A program made the translations under genes and the position numbers. The notes beneath the pieces were generated by a model, which was not told the DNA's origin, did not search any database, and saw nothing but the letters and a program-made list of their open reading frames with translations. A DNA stretch of 63,023 bases, counting the filler, from Hyphochytrium catenoides (Eukaryota > Protista > Hyphochytriomycota): NCBI GenBank assembly GCA_900088475.1. It is 4 parts of 4 records of this genome, joined end to end, with 100 filler letters (N's around TTAATTAATTAA, not from the genome) between each part and the next. Parts side by side here need not be neighbours in the genome. Positions count along the whole stretch, not along the records: positions 16,530 to 45,571 come from FLMG01002203.1; 3 more parts are not named here. The stretch is one strand, 5' to 3'. Position 1 is the stretch's first letter, and each line of letters begins with the position of its first letter. Shown here one piece after another: positions 24,147 through 36,076 of the stretch.

Positions 24147-27100
24147 ATGCCGCGCATCACGAAGGAGCTGCTTCGGAAGAGGGCGGAGCACAATGAAGGG
24201 ATTATCCACACGCTCGAAGAGATTTCTCTGCATCAGGTCAACAACTTTGACCATACAAAGCTTCTATCAGCAGAGTAGCTTCACTCTTAACACTGTCCAA
24301 TCTGTAGGAGGAGCTCGAGTCTATTGAGCTGATCGGCACTCTGTGCCGCAAGCTTCGGATCTTGTACCTGCAGAACAACATCATAGAGAAGATAGAAGGG
24401 CTGCACCATCTGAAGGAGCTTCGGTACCTCAACCTTGCCCTGAACAATGTTAAGAAGATTGAAGGCCTCAGGTCCTCTGCTTACGCTCCAGACACTCTTT
24501 CTCACCAAAGTGGAGCCTGTCCTTCGGCCTTCTCTTCCTAGCTAAAGCGTCCCTCATACTCTTGCTTCTCTCTCTCCCTCTCTCTCTCTCTCGCTCGCTC
24601 GCTCGCTCTCTCACACTGGCATTGTTCTGCGTGGCGCTCTTGCTGATGCCAAATGGCGCTTTTCTCTCTCTGTCATCCTCTCTCCTCCCTCTCACCCTTC
24701 CGGCAGCTCTTGCGAGTTCCTTGAGAAGTTAGACCTGACCGTGAACTTTATAGACTTTGACACCTTAGAAGAGAGCATCGTAAGGACTCTGAACCTCGGC
24801 AATCTGCCGTTTCTGCTCTCCTTCCCTATCAAAGAATTGCCGTCTACACTTCTTGACACTGGACGCCACCTCTCTCTCTCTCCCGACTCCCCTGTCGTCG
24901 GTTCGGTGGCTCTGTTTCATGGTCCTTAGCTCTCTTGGGATACCTCGGGCATATGTGCCTTTCTCCTCTCTCTCTCTTTGCCCCATCTGCCTTTCGCCTC
25001 TCGTAGGCCAGAGCTTTCTGTCTACTTCCGGCGTATGGTCCTTGCTCCTCACTCTCTCCCTCATCTTCCTTCATCCCTTAAAGGAAGTATAACTAACCGC
25101 AGAACCTGGTCTGACTCTCTAGGACCATCTGAAGCCGCTGCGGCACTTGAGAGAGCTCTATCTTTTAGGAAATCCTGCCCAAGTGAACTGGGAGGACGGC
25201 TTCAATGACTTTGTCATCCACTCTCTCCCTCAGCTGCAGTCCTTGGACGGCAAGGAGATCACACGAACCGCGCGCATAGTTGCTGCAAGGCGCTTTGAAG
25301 AGCTACAGGTCATCTCCATCTTCAGTTCTCTTTCTATTGGTCTCTTTAAAAGATAATACTTGTCCTGTCTCTTCCTAGCCAGTTATCTTTGCCGCAATGC
25401 CTTTCTAGTTTCTCCTGGATCTCCTGCACCTCTCTGTGTCTCTGCGGACCCCCGTGGTCAACTCTCTCTCTTTATTATCACGCTCCTCGTAGTCATTTTG
25501 CCTCTCTCTCCCTCTGGTCTTTTGTCTTGGTGGAACCGCCTTCTCCATGCACGTCACAGCCCTGTAAAGACTGACATCGATCTCTCCGGCCTTAGAGTTA
25601 TGTCCGCAGGCGAAGGGATGAGCTCCTCGCAGCCAAACAGAGTGAGGACAAGCCACGAAAAGAGCGCATAGGAGAAGAAGATGACAAGGTTCTCTCTCAA
25701 CTGAACGACGGCAGCTATGATATCTCCCCCGAGAGCGAGAGCTCAACTGCCCAGGCTCAAGAGAAGGAAGACACGGTGCCTCACACGCCTGCAGCTAGGA
25801 GAGGTGAGAGAGACATTGAGTCATGGGAAAGCGACCTCAGCGCTGGGGCCTTTAACCTGTATTTCTGGCAGAAATGTACATGGAAATGGCAGAGCAGAAA
25901 GCGGAGAAAGAGAGAACAGAAAGGGAACGGCTTCCAAAAGAGAGAGACTATGAGAAGGAGCACGTCGGCCGCGTTGCCCAGGAGAGGTAAGCATCAACCA
26001 CCTTCTTGCATCGCCAAGAGTGAATATAATAATACCGCCCTTCGTCTTCCCCAAGAGAGAAAGAGGCGAACGGCGAGATCCGGCAATGTAATGAGGGAAA
26101 GGCAAGTACATCTTTATGGGCGAACTGTTCAAGAACATGCTTCATACCCTACTCCCACCTGTCCCTTCCATTCCCTCTTGATCCCTCACCACCGCCGCCC
26201 CCGCTTCTCTCTCCGGTCTGCCAGGTTCCTCTTCTACACGGATTTTCGACTTTCTCCTGCAGTAGCATGTGTCTCTGCCTCGGTCCATGGTTCTCTCTTT
26301 CGGCTAACGACTTAACCTTTCCTGTCCACCCTGATGTTATCATGCGCTGTCTCCCTCTGTTTGTTCCTTTTCCAGTGGGACTTCAGTCTGGACGAAGACG
26401 AGCTTCCCGGTTGCATTGTTCTCGAAGTTGACGTCCCTAAGTTCTTGGACACATCGCTGGTGGACGTGGACCTGCATCCGACCTACGTCTCCATTGTCAT
26501 CAAAGGGAAGCTACTACGGCTCAGGCACATGGAGGAGGTAGGCTGGCTACGTAGGCTTTAGACAGCAGTTGATAAAAGAGAGTGTTAGTTTATTCGGAGA
26601 CTGCCTGTGACCTAGCACTGGTAGGACCGATCTTTGTATAGCTTATAGAGTTTGAGCTCCAGAGAAAGGGAAGTGTGCATATGCAAGAAGAGAAGTGATA
26701 AGCACATGAATTTGGAAAGGCAAGAGCGCTACGTCCCATTTAGATAGCTAATGACTTTGAGGCAGGTGGAGGTCCACTCTTCACGGTGTCTGCGAGTGAA
26801 GGGCAGTGGGAAGCTCCGGCTAGAGATGACTAAGGCAAGCAAGCGGCCCTCCGTGCAGCCTAAGCAACAGCAGGAGGGCGGGACCACCCAGACTAGAGTT
26901 CCAGCGAAACAGTGGACAAGAGGGAGAGAGAAGGTACAACCCCCCTAAATCGAGTGATTGTCCCTTTCTCTGTGTCTTTTCCCACTCACTAGCGGTCTTG
27001 CTTTTAGCGATCAACCAAGCCAGGAGACGGGAACGGCCGGGTCCGACTGCTGGAGAAGGAAAATAAGCTTGGAGATGAGGTTAGCAGGCCGTCATTCTCA

Positions 27101-27323
27101 TTTTCCTCTTCATTGTGATCCTTATGAGGATGGCAATGACCTACAGATCCTGGCCAGCGCCGTCTCGATCCGCGGCATTGTGAAGTCAGCAGAGAGAGAC
27201 AAGGAGGACACATTCCTGTTAAAGGAGCGTCGCACTGCGGATCCGGCTGGTGCTGTCACATCGTGCGAGAGAGAAGCGTTGACAAGCGAGCTCGACAATC
27301 CCGACGTCCCGCCTTTGGAATAG
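24147..27323 (+). CDS. LRRC6: dynein axonemal assembly factor 11 (LRRC6/TilB/Seahorse)
   Basis: N-terminus [30 protein letters not shown], LRRs ([44 protein letters not shown]), LRRcap ([12 protein letters not shown]), CS-like domain ([26 protein letters not shown]) and the C-terminal DVPPLE* motif. Confidence 0.95.
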
Positions 27324-27459
27324 CATGTAAATATATTAGCTATATAACATAGTCCCTCGGAGCTCTCGCTCTCCACAACTAGCTGGCCGTCCTTCCTTCC
27401 TTCCTTTCTTCCTCGTAATATTATATAAAGCGACGGTCAGTCGTGTTCCCAGTGTGGCC

Positions 27460-30400
27460 CTAATGCCCGTCGGATATTCTGCGCAATAAGCCTGACAGCA
27501 TTTCTCGGGTCATCTTCGTCTTCTCTGAGTCCCAGTTATCGCCGCCTGAACAAGAATACCGAGTTGCCTCTGAGTGGTCAAGAATCAAAAGCAACAAAGG
27601 TGTTGCCTTCTTTTCTTACCTCTAAATCCTGCGAGCAGCCTGTACTGCAGCTCTTCTTCAGAGATAGACTCTGCAATGTTGACCAGGGAGCCGATGACTG
27701 TCGTGATAAAGTTTCCGTCCGTCTTGTCCGGCCGCACCATCTTAAAGCGCCAAACCCCTATTTCCCAGGAACTAAGTGAGACGTCGGGCATGCAGTAGAA
27801 GAGAGTCTCGATGGGGAGGACCCGAAAGCGAAGACAGAATGGATAGAGAGATGGCAGAGCAAAGAAAAGAGGCAGACTAGATATGACAGAACCCTCGAAG
27901 AGTGGAAAGGTGGCAGTATGAGCGGAAGGCAGAGAGCTGATCGGAGAAGAAGACGTGCTTGATTTTCACCTCACCTGACGATGCATCAAACTCCAACTCA
28001 GCAATGACGGACCGCAGACGTTTGGTGCGCAGTTCTCTGAACAGTCGCTCCTTGTCTTCTCTTCCTAATGCAATCTATAGCCAAGCCGCCAGGCAAGTGA
28101 CCATTAGGATTGAGGACCAGAGACGGGCTAAGGAATAAAGCAAAGAGAGAGACGTCCAAGAGCTCACCTGCTTGCTCAGGTCCAGTTCGTCTCCTTGCAC
28201 GGGGCACGAGACTTTGAGGTCCCCTCCGCCATCTGGCTCCACTTTGAAGTCAATCGTGATCAGGTCCGCCCATTTCCATTTTAAATAGTCTGGGATGACA
28301 AAGGTCTAGTAAGACTTTGGTGCTTCAGACCTCGGTCTGCTCCTCATACAGCATTTTGGATACATCCTCATCTCTTGGCGTAGCTCCTTGCCTCGGGGTA
28401 TCGACTCATCCAACCTCTCCTCTCTCCTGTATTTTCCCGGATCTACATGATGCCTTTACCACTCTACTCTCTACGCCCTCTTCAATATGGTTGTCCTAAT
28501 GTCTTCCGTCTTTTCTCTCTCTCTCTGTGACCATCGTCCCATCTCAGTTCAAAGCACTCACTTCTATCCGTTCCCACTTGGTACTTTGTGTTGGGACAAA
28601 AAATGATCCCGTCAGTGTAGTGCTTTCGCTTAGAATCTTCATATATTCGGTGCAGCGCACCCTCTGAGCGGTGTTGCGTGACCCTTGTGACGATAGAATA
28701 GCCGAGTCAGATTGTGGCAGGAGAAAGGCAAAAGTTTTCTCCACAGGTGGCTCCTCCACTCACTTTCTGAAGATCTCTCTGATGTCCCTCACTTTGTACC
28801 AGCTCTTTCTGTTCATTGGAATAACCACGCTGCGCGGTAGCTGCCGATGATGGAAGCCGGACTCATAAGGTCCGCTAAAGAGATGAACAAGTGTTACCTT
28901 GCCAGTTTCTAGACCGACAAGCAGGGAGACAGAGACAGAGGGAAATGAGAGAGAACGAGAATGACCGCCATCATATCCTAAGGGGAGGGCTCTGCACCCT
29001 ATATCCTCGTGAAGGTGTAAAACGGGTAGACGACAAAGTGAACATGAAGGGAGTAGAAAAGGCCTCACCTCGGCTCAAAGAGCTGATAGAGCTGGATGAG
29101 GCGATGATGAAAGTTGTGTCCTGTCAGTTTGGCTGCTTCAGCTGTCCCCAGAGCCAGAGCGTCAAAGATCATCAACATCGGCCGCTCCAGCTTCAAATTA
29201 AACTGGGAAAGCAGCGAGCAGGTTAAGGAAAGCCCCATCCGCGCCTTGAATCTCCCTGGTTTTTCCTTCACGTGACACAAGTCCCTACAAACGCCCCGCC
29301 CTTTGAAGCTCTCTATCTGGTGCGTACCACAAACTCTCCATCCAGCACAGTTCCTTCTTTGAAGATGAGAGAGAGCATTTCGATTCCTGTAGGACAGAGA
29401 ATATGTGAAATGGTCCGAAGCTGTGGAACAAGTTAATCTCGCTACGTCTCCTCTCACACCTTCCCTACCTGGCGCGGAATAAAGGACATATTTCCTATCT
29501 ACGAGCACTGCTTTTCCTCCGGTCACGACCAAAAAGTATCGCACCCCATCTGTCTTCTCAGAAACAAAATATCCATGTTTCTCCTTTTTGCGGGGAGAGA
29601 GGTGAAGAACGTAAGTCTTGGCATTCTCTCATTCAACTACTTCCACACTTTCCCATTGCACTCTATGATGTCTACTGGCCAGTGCACCTGTAGGTCATCA
29701 AATAGCAGTGATCGAATGGCTTTTGGATACCCTTTCTCTCGCTGACCCTCGGCACTCCACACTCTTGTCCAGATTTAACGTCTTTTAGACGTCAAAGCCC
29801 CGCTAGGCTGGAGATGTCTCCCGTCTTATGACACATCGGCCGGCTTACCTTTATGATCATGGCGATGTGCTGCTTAGCAAAACCCGCGGGCATCGTGCCT
29901 GGGAATCTATTACCGGAGAACTCACGCTGAGAGAAACAGCTTCGCACGGTGGCTTGTGCCTGCAGTGCAAGAGCTCACCATTAGTCCTCCCGTGTGTCTT
30001 TTAGTTTATGAAACAGCCGATGCGATCTGCCACCTTTACATCGCCAGACTATACCACTTTCCCCGTCAAAACTCTCTCACTGCAAGCAGCTAACCACACG
30101 TCACTCCCCTTGCCCTCTCTTTACTGCTAGGTCCGTCATCAGCATATTGGCCGAAAGCGTCCTCCGCGCTGCCTTTAATCTCATCCCACTTCATATCTCC
30201 TTGGCATCGGTTTCGAAAGGCGAGGACTACGCCGCGGACCTCTAGCGTACCTCATGCAGCAGCCTATCATCCACTATCCGAACAGGCTCCCAGCCCTACC
30301 GCCAGCAGCGGGATGAACCGTCAGGAAGGAAGAGCTGAATGGGCTGCTAGGAAAGTTAAGGAAAAGAAAGGATCTCCACACAGCACCTGACGAAGGAGAA

Positions 30401-32324
30401 GCCAGAAAAGACAGAAGCCAGCCAGGAGAGCAACCAGATAGAGATGGCCAGCATTGAGAAGAGAGAAGACAGGGAGGGCCGAGGAATAGGTTAAGGATAA
30501 GAGCAAGCAGGAGAAATCTAACCTCTGGCATGAAGAGGCAGAGCTTCTGCCAAATTTCCGATGCAATCTCCAGCGCTCCTACCCTCGATGCCGCCTCATC
30601 GTTCTCTGTCACCCATTTTCGAGTCTTTGACTCCTCTAGTTCCGCCTAAGACAGCAGAACACGGGTTCAGGCGACCAGTCAAGGGTGTACGAAAGACAGC
30701 AATACACTGATAAATATTTGGAGCTAAGTCTAGAGTGTATCAAATGACAAAGAGTAGATAACAGGCCAATGAAATGGGATGCAGAGCCTTGGTCAACGCA
30801 ACGCCAAAGGCCAGGAAAAGCGCCAGAACAGCGAAAGGAAGAACGCGAAAGCAGCACTTACCTCCACCTCAAAGTTTAGCTGTTCCAGTTCTGTGTCGCT
30901 CTTCTGAGAGCGGACTTTGGTAAAGTCAAGCTGACACGATCGGAGAGATAAATGGATGAGCGAGAAGATAATGTCGCGGAAGGTCAGAGAGGGATTGAGA
31001 GAGACTAACAGGACGGAGAATAGAAAGACGATGGACGAGGGAGCAAGAGATATTCCAGATGAGAGAGTCAGCATTACAAGGGAGGCTTCAAGAAAGGTGA
31101 GCTCACCCGGCAGGCGGCGGCTGGATCTATGAAGCTTTTGCGGTCCTTGAAGCGAGAGTCAAGATTTTGCGCTGCAGATTCAAAGCTTTGTCCGCTGTTC
31201 AGCGGGATCGGCGGCTCCTCTACTGAGACAGATACGCGGACGTCGTAGGGACAGGAAGGGAGAAAGAGATTCAAGTTTGCAATCTTTCTCTTCCGCTGCT
31301 GGAATGGAGCACTAAGCGGACGACCACTGGCCTCCAACTCCCGGACTAGGCGGCGACGATTGCTGTCTGTGAAGACTTCCTGGTCAGAGAGAGCGAGAGA
31401 AAGACCGTGAGCTCAGGAGCCAGAGGATATCGCCAGATGAAAAGGTTGAAAGTGTTTACTGGTGAATAATGAAGGGACAGCGAAGCAATGGGCGCTCTTC
31501 CGCAGGGAGCCGCGATGTCTCAAAAGCACTACGCGGCCATCAGAAGGGGTAAGAGAGAAAGCACAGCGGGATGGCACGCAGTAAGAGAGAGCACGAGCGA
31601 GGGTTGAGAAGGTCCTATGACCTGTTTTTCTGTTGAGACTCTCCACCTCCTCTCCTGCGCCTTCTCAAGATAGGAGGCGAAGTGTTGAGGCTGAACCCCA
31701 GCGTCAAACACGGCTCCCAGGTTCCGCATTTCCTCCTCAGGGAGCGGAAGGGAAGCGGGTTGTCCGGGGTGATTTGACCCGAAGCGGCCGCGCTCTGACT
31801 CGTCGCAGATCCGTCCCAGTCGAGCCTCGATCTCCAGCGCACCATGACGGAACTCTTCCGCCAGTGTCCGCCGGAGAGACAGGAGGAAGCCTGCAATGGC
31901 AACGTCCGCGGGCCTGTAGAAAACGGAAGAGAGAGAGTGTCTGTTAGAAAGAGGCAGACAGGGAAGAGAGGACAGAGTAGACACTGACAACAAGCGGAAT
32001 AGAGCCAAAGGTGGGCGAAGGAAGATAGAAGAGATCCCGACACCAAAGGAACTGCGGATTCCAGAAGCAGCAGTGCCAGTTGTCAAAGAAGAAGGCAGAA
32101 GGGAGAGGCTGATGAAGAAGAAGGCAGAAGGGGGAAAAGAGAGCTGGATTCGGGACTCGTCTCTCTTACACATTTTTATCTGTGGAAATGACGCTCTGGC
32201 TCCGGTCCACTCGCTGGCGCTTGGCAGCCCCGCCTGTGAGGCCGCCAGCGCCGTGACCAGGCAGCCCTTGAAGGGAGCGAGTAATCGCAAGGGAATCTCC
32301 GGCGATGGTGTCGAGGAAACTCAT
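27460..32324 (-). CDS. bifunctional mRNA capping enzyme: Cet1-like TTM/CYTH RNA 5'-triphosphatase fused to mRNA guanylyltransferase
   Basis: TTM motifs LEIEARLG, KRKIANLNLFLPSCPYDVRVSVSVE, RFKDRKSF, LDFTKV, FEVE|AE. GTase motifs FPGTMP, I (EKTDGVR), III (LDGE), IIIa (IFDAL), IV (TDGIIFCP), V (LKWK), VI (RPDK). Phase-compatible GT-AG exons link the two halves without a stop. Confidence 0.88.
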
Positions 32325-32729
32325 ATCTTGACTTCTTTCTTTCTCACTCTCTCTTTCTCTCTTTCTCTTTTTTATACTTTCAATATATTTCTCTTGCTTC
32401 CCCTCTCCCTTCTGCCTTGTAGCGCTCTCCGGTCCTGGTTTCTCTTCTACGCACGTCTTCCTTCTCCGAGCCAGGCTCTCTTCTTGCCCCTCGTCAACAG
32501 TTGGGCTGCCGCTGCCGCTGCTGAGCACTTATAAGACGAGGGAAAGGAGCTGCGGGCAGGAGGAGGCGATCTTCTAGGCGTAAAATGTATCTCCTCTTCG
32601 GGAGCGGTGGCAGTCGGGGGAGAGGAGGCAGCGCCTCATCTCACTTCTATCTAGTATCAATGCCGCAAAATCGAGTACTCGACTTTTATGCCCTTGATAG
32701 AGGTTCTGCATGCGGCAACTCTCTCCCTC

Positions 32730-32758
32730 ACTGTCTCTCTCTCTCCTCTCCCTCTCCG

Positions 32759-32828
<70 letters not shown>

Positions 32829-32960
32829 CTCTCGCTCTCTCGCTCCCGCTCTCTCTCTCCTGCTCTCTCTCACTCTCTCTCGCGCGCGCTCTCTCTCTCT
32901 CTCACACGCTCTCTCACGCTCTCTCTCTCTCTCCCTCCCTCTTTTCTCTCTCTCCCGCTT
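32730..32960. repeat. (CT)n microsatellite
   Basis: Visible CT tract at the boundary between gene-dense and gene-poor regions. Confidence 0.9.
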
Positions 32961-33599
32961 TCTCTATCTTCAGTTCCTTCTCGCTCTTCCCTTCCCTTCT
33001 GGCATCGTCTCACTGATCCCCCTGGAGCTCAGTATACACCCCTCTCCCCCCCTACACAAACCAGAGAGCCCCCAGGAAGGTAGGGAGGAAGTAGTGTACG
33101 AAGTCTTTCACCGCCACCTCCTCCATCCTCAGAACGCCCGGCCGCCCCGCGGCAGCCCGCAGCTCTGCCATCAAAGCAGAGAAGAGTTGGAGGTGCTTCG
33201 GCAGCTTTTTTCTGGCATTTGGTCTCCTAGAAAGGTGCACTGTCGATTGTGCATCATCTCCTTAAGTGGCATGGCAACATGTTGGCTCAGCCAGATCCAG
33301 AGGAGGACAACAACAATTCAAGAGAAAAAGAGAAAGAAAGCGTTCGTCCTACAACAAGCAGCTACTACGGAGGAGGATAGAAGAAGAGCAGTGAGGTAAC
33401 GAGTATTGTTGAGAGGAGACCACCACCAAAAGGCGTCGTCGAGGGCGGCGTCGTCTTCAGACAAAAGTAAAGAAACAAAAGCAAAATGTGCTGAAGCTAA
33501 CACCTCAATTTGCTGGCTTCCTTTATCACGGACTATCTGCCAAACCACGTACATTTCTGGCAGTTCCACTTTGTGACCGAATGGCTCGTCAATGACGTG

Positions 33600-34640
33600 G
33601 GTGCGTCCAAGAGATGGTTTAGAGAGCTTTATGGCCAAAGAAGAACAAGGGACGGAGCAGCAGCCAAAATAGCCCTGAAATGGAGAGATTGGCAGCAAAC
33701 CTGGAATCAGGGGGAACGATCACGTTCAGAGAGCAGCTCTTGTAAGACCACAGTCTGTTGTGAGAAGCAACAAGGAATACTGGACCTGGAGCAAAGCAAA
33801 GCAAGCTGGATCTCTCGGAGGGGTATCCCACTCAGGCTCTCATTCTGAAGTGAAATGCTCGCAGCAACGGTTGCAGCCATCCTTAACGGAGCAGATCAAG
33901 ACCTTTAACTGCGGGGTTTGTCTCTACTTTCGCTGAAGGGATGGCCGAGGAACGGTTCAAGGGCCCATCAGGTTGCGAGTGATTCCTATGAAGCTTGAGC
34001 CTATTCAATACACAGGGGGAGCCAACCGGAGTCTGGAAATTAGGGCCTCATGTCTTTCGATGAGAGCTCAGTGTAAATGGACGATTTGCCTCTCAATGCC
34101 ACGCAGAAGCACTTCAAAGATGGACGGTACTAGTCCTCCTCCTGAATACTGCTATCCCAATCAGATCATGAGCAGGCAATGATCTCCGCTGGTGTGGGCG
34201 CCTACTAAGGAGGAACTCCTGATCTCTCTCTGCATTTGGACTTCAGCTGGAAAGGACCCTTCCTCTCACGACCTCCCGGCGCCCCAGCTCCTTATCTGAA
34301 GCTAAGTCCTGGAGCATACAAAAAAGGTCCTGATATACGGCAACCAGGGACTGTGCCTCCATCAGTCAATGCAATGGAGAGCGCTGCTCAAACGACAAGT
34401 TGCGCTTTCTCCGCCGTGTCACTACTCAGTTTCCTGTCCCAAAGGACATCAAGGCTGTATGGGATGAATGTTGGTTTGTTGAGGATGCGTACAGGCAAAA
34501 TGATGATGTGTGTACAGTCAGGCCTACGCATCTCCAGAGAAATATCATACCTTGGTAGTACGCCCACAACGTGTACGACGTCTTTGGCAAGGGGTGCGGA
34601 TGGAACTTCCCCGCTATAGTGTAGGCCACCAGGGCCCAAT
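33600..34640 (+). mobile_element. degenerate pogo/Tigger-like (Tc1/mariner superfamily) transposase relic
   Basis: Stop- and frameshift-interrupted fragments in the expected order: CENP-B-type HTH-like (DLEQSKASWISRRGIPL..SEML; FKGPSGCE*FL), first catalytic motif (SFDESS), and LRFLRRVTTQFPVPKD resembling FLPxxTTxxxQPxD. No TIRs or TSD identified. Confidence 0.5.
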
Positions 34641-36076
34641 ATCCATATCCACCAGGCCTTGCCTACAAAGGCTTTAGGCTAAGACGCAGGGAAGGAGTAA
34701 GGCGGTGAGTCTAACGCTAGAGAAGATAAAGTCTATTTATCTATTATTTAGATATGGAAGCTTTGGTTGATGGCTAAGCTAAGACAAACTAAAGATGACC
34801 TCATCACGTGCTCCTCTCCGCTTCCTCTGCGGCCCCGGTTTGCCTTGCGCTATCACTTCCCTTTTCTCTTTAGGGCCAGGCTCGGCTGGCATAGGCGCAC
34901 TGCTTGGTGTGCTGGAGAGTACTACCACCACAGGTCTGGCAAGAAGCAGCTTGCGCTTCTTCCTTTGTTCAACCTCCGTCTGACCTTCACCCAGTGAACT
35001 GTACTGACCTACTGGCCTTCTCCTAACTCCTCTTGTCTGCTCTTCCCTGCAAGAGCCACGAAGTTGTTGGTGTTCAAATTCTCTTTCTCGCCCCTTGACC
35101 CTCCTCATCCCTGAGGTTTATCTCCCGTAGCCGATCCTGTTTTTCTTGTCTCACGCCGCTGGAATTTGTAAGCTTCGGAACCTTTCTTGGCGTACAGATC
35201 TCCCTCTTCTTTTCCCTTCGGTTGAAGCAGTCCTTCCTGACTGGCGAAGATGAGATACCTAGCTTTAGGAACACCTCATCCTCCCACTCTTGGATCAGCC
35301 TTCCCAATACTGCCATGGCGACGGAGGCTGACGACAAACGACATTATAGGCAGTCCTTCGAACGTCGCCTAGCGGAAAGAGGCTTGCGTTAACAACGACA
35401 GACAGCTGGGCAGCTTGCGTTGCCATGGCAGTACTGGGAAGGCTGATCCTAGAGTGGGAGGATGAGGTGTTCTTAGAGCTGGGTATCTCAATTCGCCAGT
35501 CAGGATAGAATTCTTCAACCGGAGGGAAAAGAAGAGGGCAGACAAAGGTTTCGAAGCTTACAAACCCAGTGACGTGAGACAAGAAAGAAACAGGATCGGC
35601 TACGGGAGGAACCTCAGTGACGAAGAGGGTCAAGGGGCGAACAATGAGAATTTGTACACCACCAACTGCGTGACTCTTGCAGGGGAGAGCAGACAAGAGG
35701 AGTTATTAGGAGAAGGCCAGAAGGCCAGTACAGTTCACTGGGTGAAGGTCAGACGGAGGTTTGATCAACAAAAGGAGAAGAAGCGCAGTCCTGCCTCTTG
35801 CCAGGCCTGTGGTGGTAGTACTCTCCAGCACACCAAGCAGTGCGCCTATGCCAGCCGAGCCTGGCCCTAAAGAGAAAAAGGAAGTGATGATAGCGCAAGG
35901 CAAACCTGGCCGCAGAAGAAGGGGAGGGCACGTGATGAGGCAGCGCAGTAGACTTTGGTTTGTCTTGCTTAGCCATCTAGACTTTATCACCTTCTTCTCT
36001 ACAGTCAGACTTCTATCACCTTTCTAACCCTTCCCTGCCTTGTAGCCTTTGTCAGCAACCTGTGGTGGTGGATTGT
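34637..36076. repeat. long imperfect inverted repeat (arms ~34637-35328 and ~35412-36076, ~80-nt loop)
   Basis: Arms align as reverse complements along their length, with an identical ~70-nt core (34862-34934 vs 35806-35878). The ORF track shows near-identical peptides on opposite strands (SLGPGSAGIGALLGVLESTTTTGLAR). Confidence 0.95.

Noticed and set aside
27460-32324. Capping enzyme as part of an integrated giant-virus segment
   Set aside because: The gene has many spliceosomal introns, host-like neighbours, no methyltransferase domain and no other viral hallmark genes nearby.
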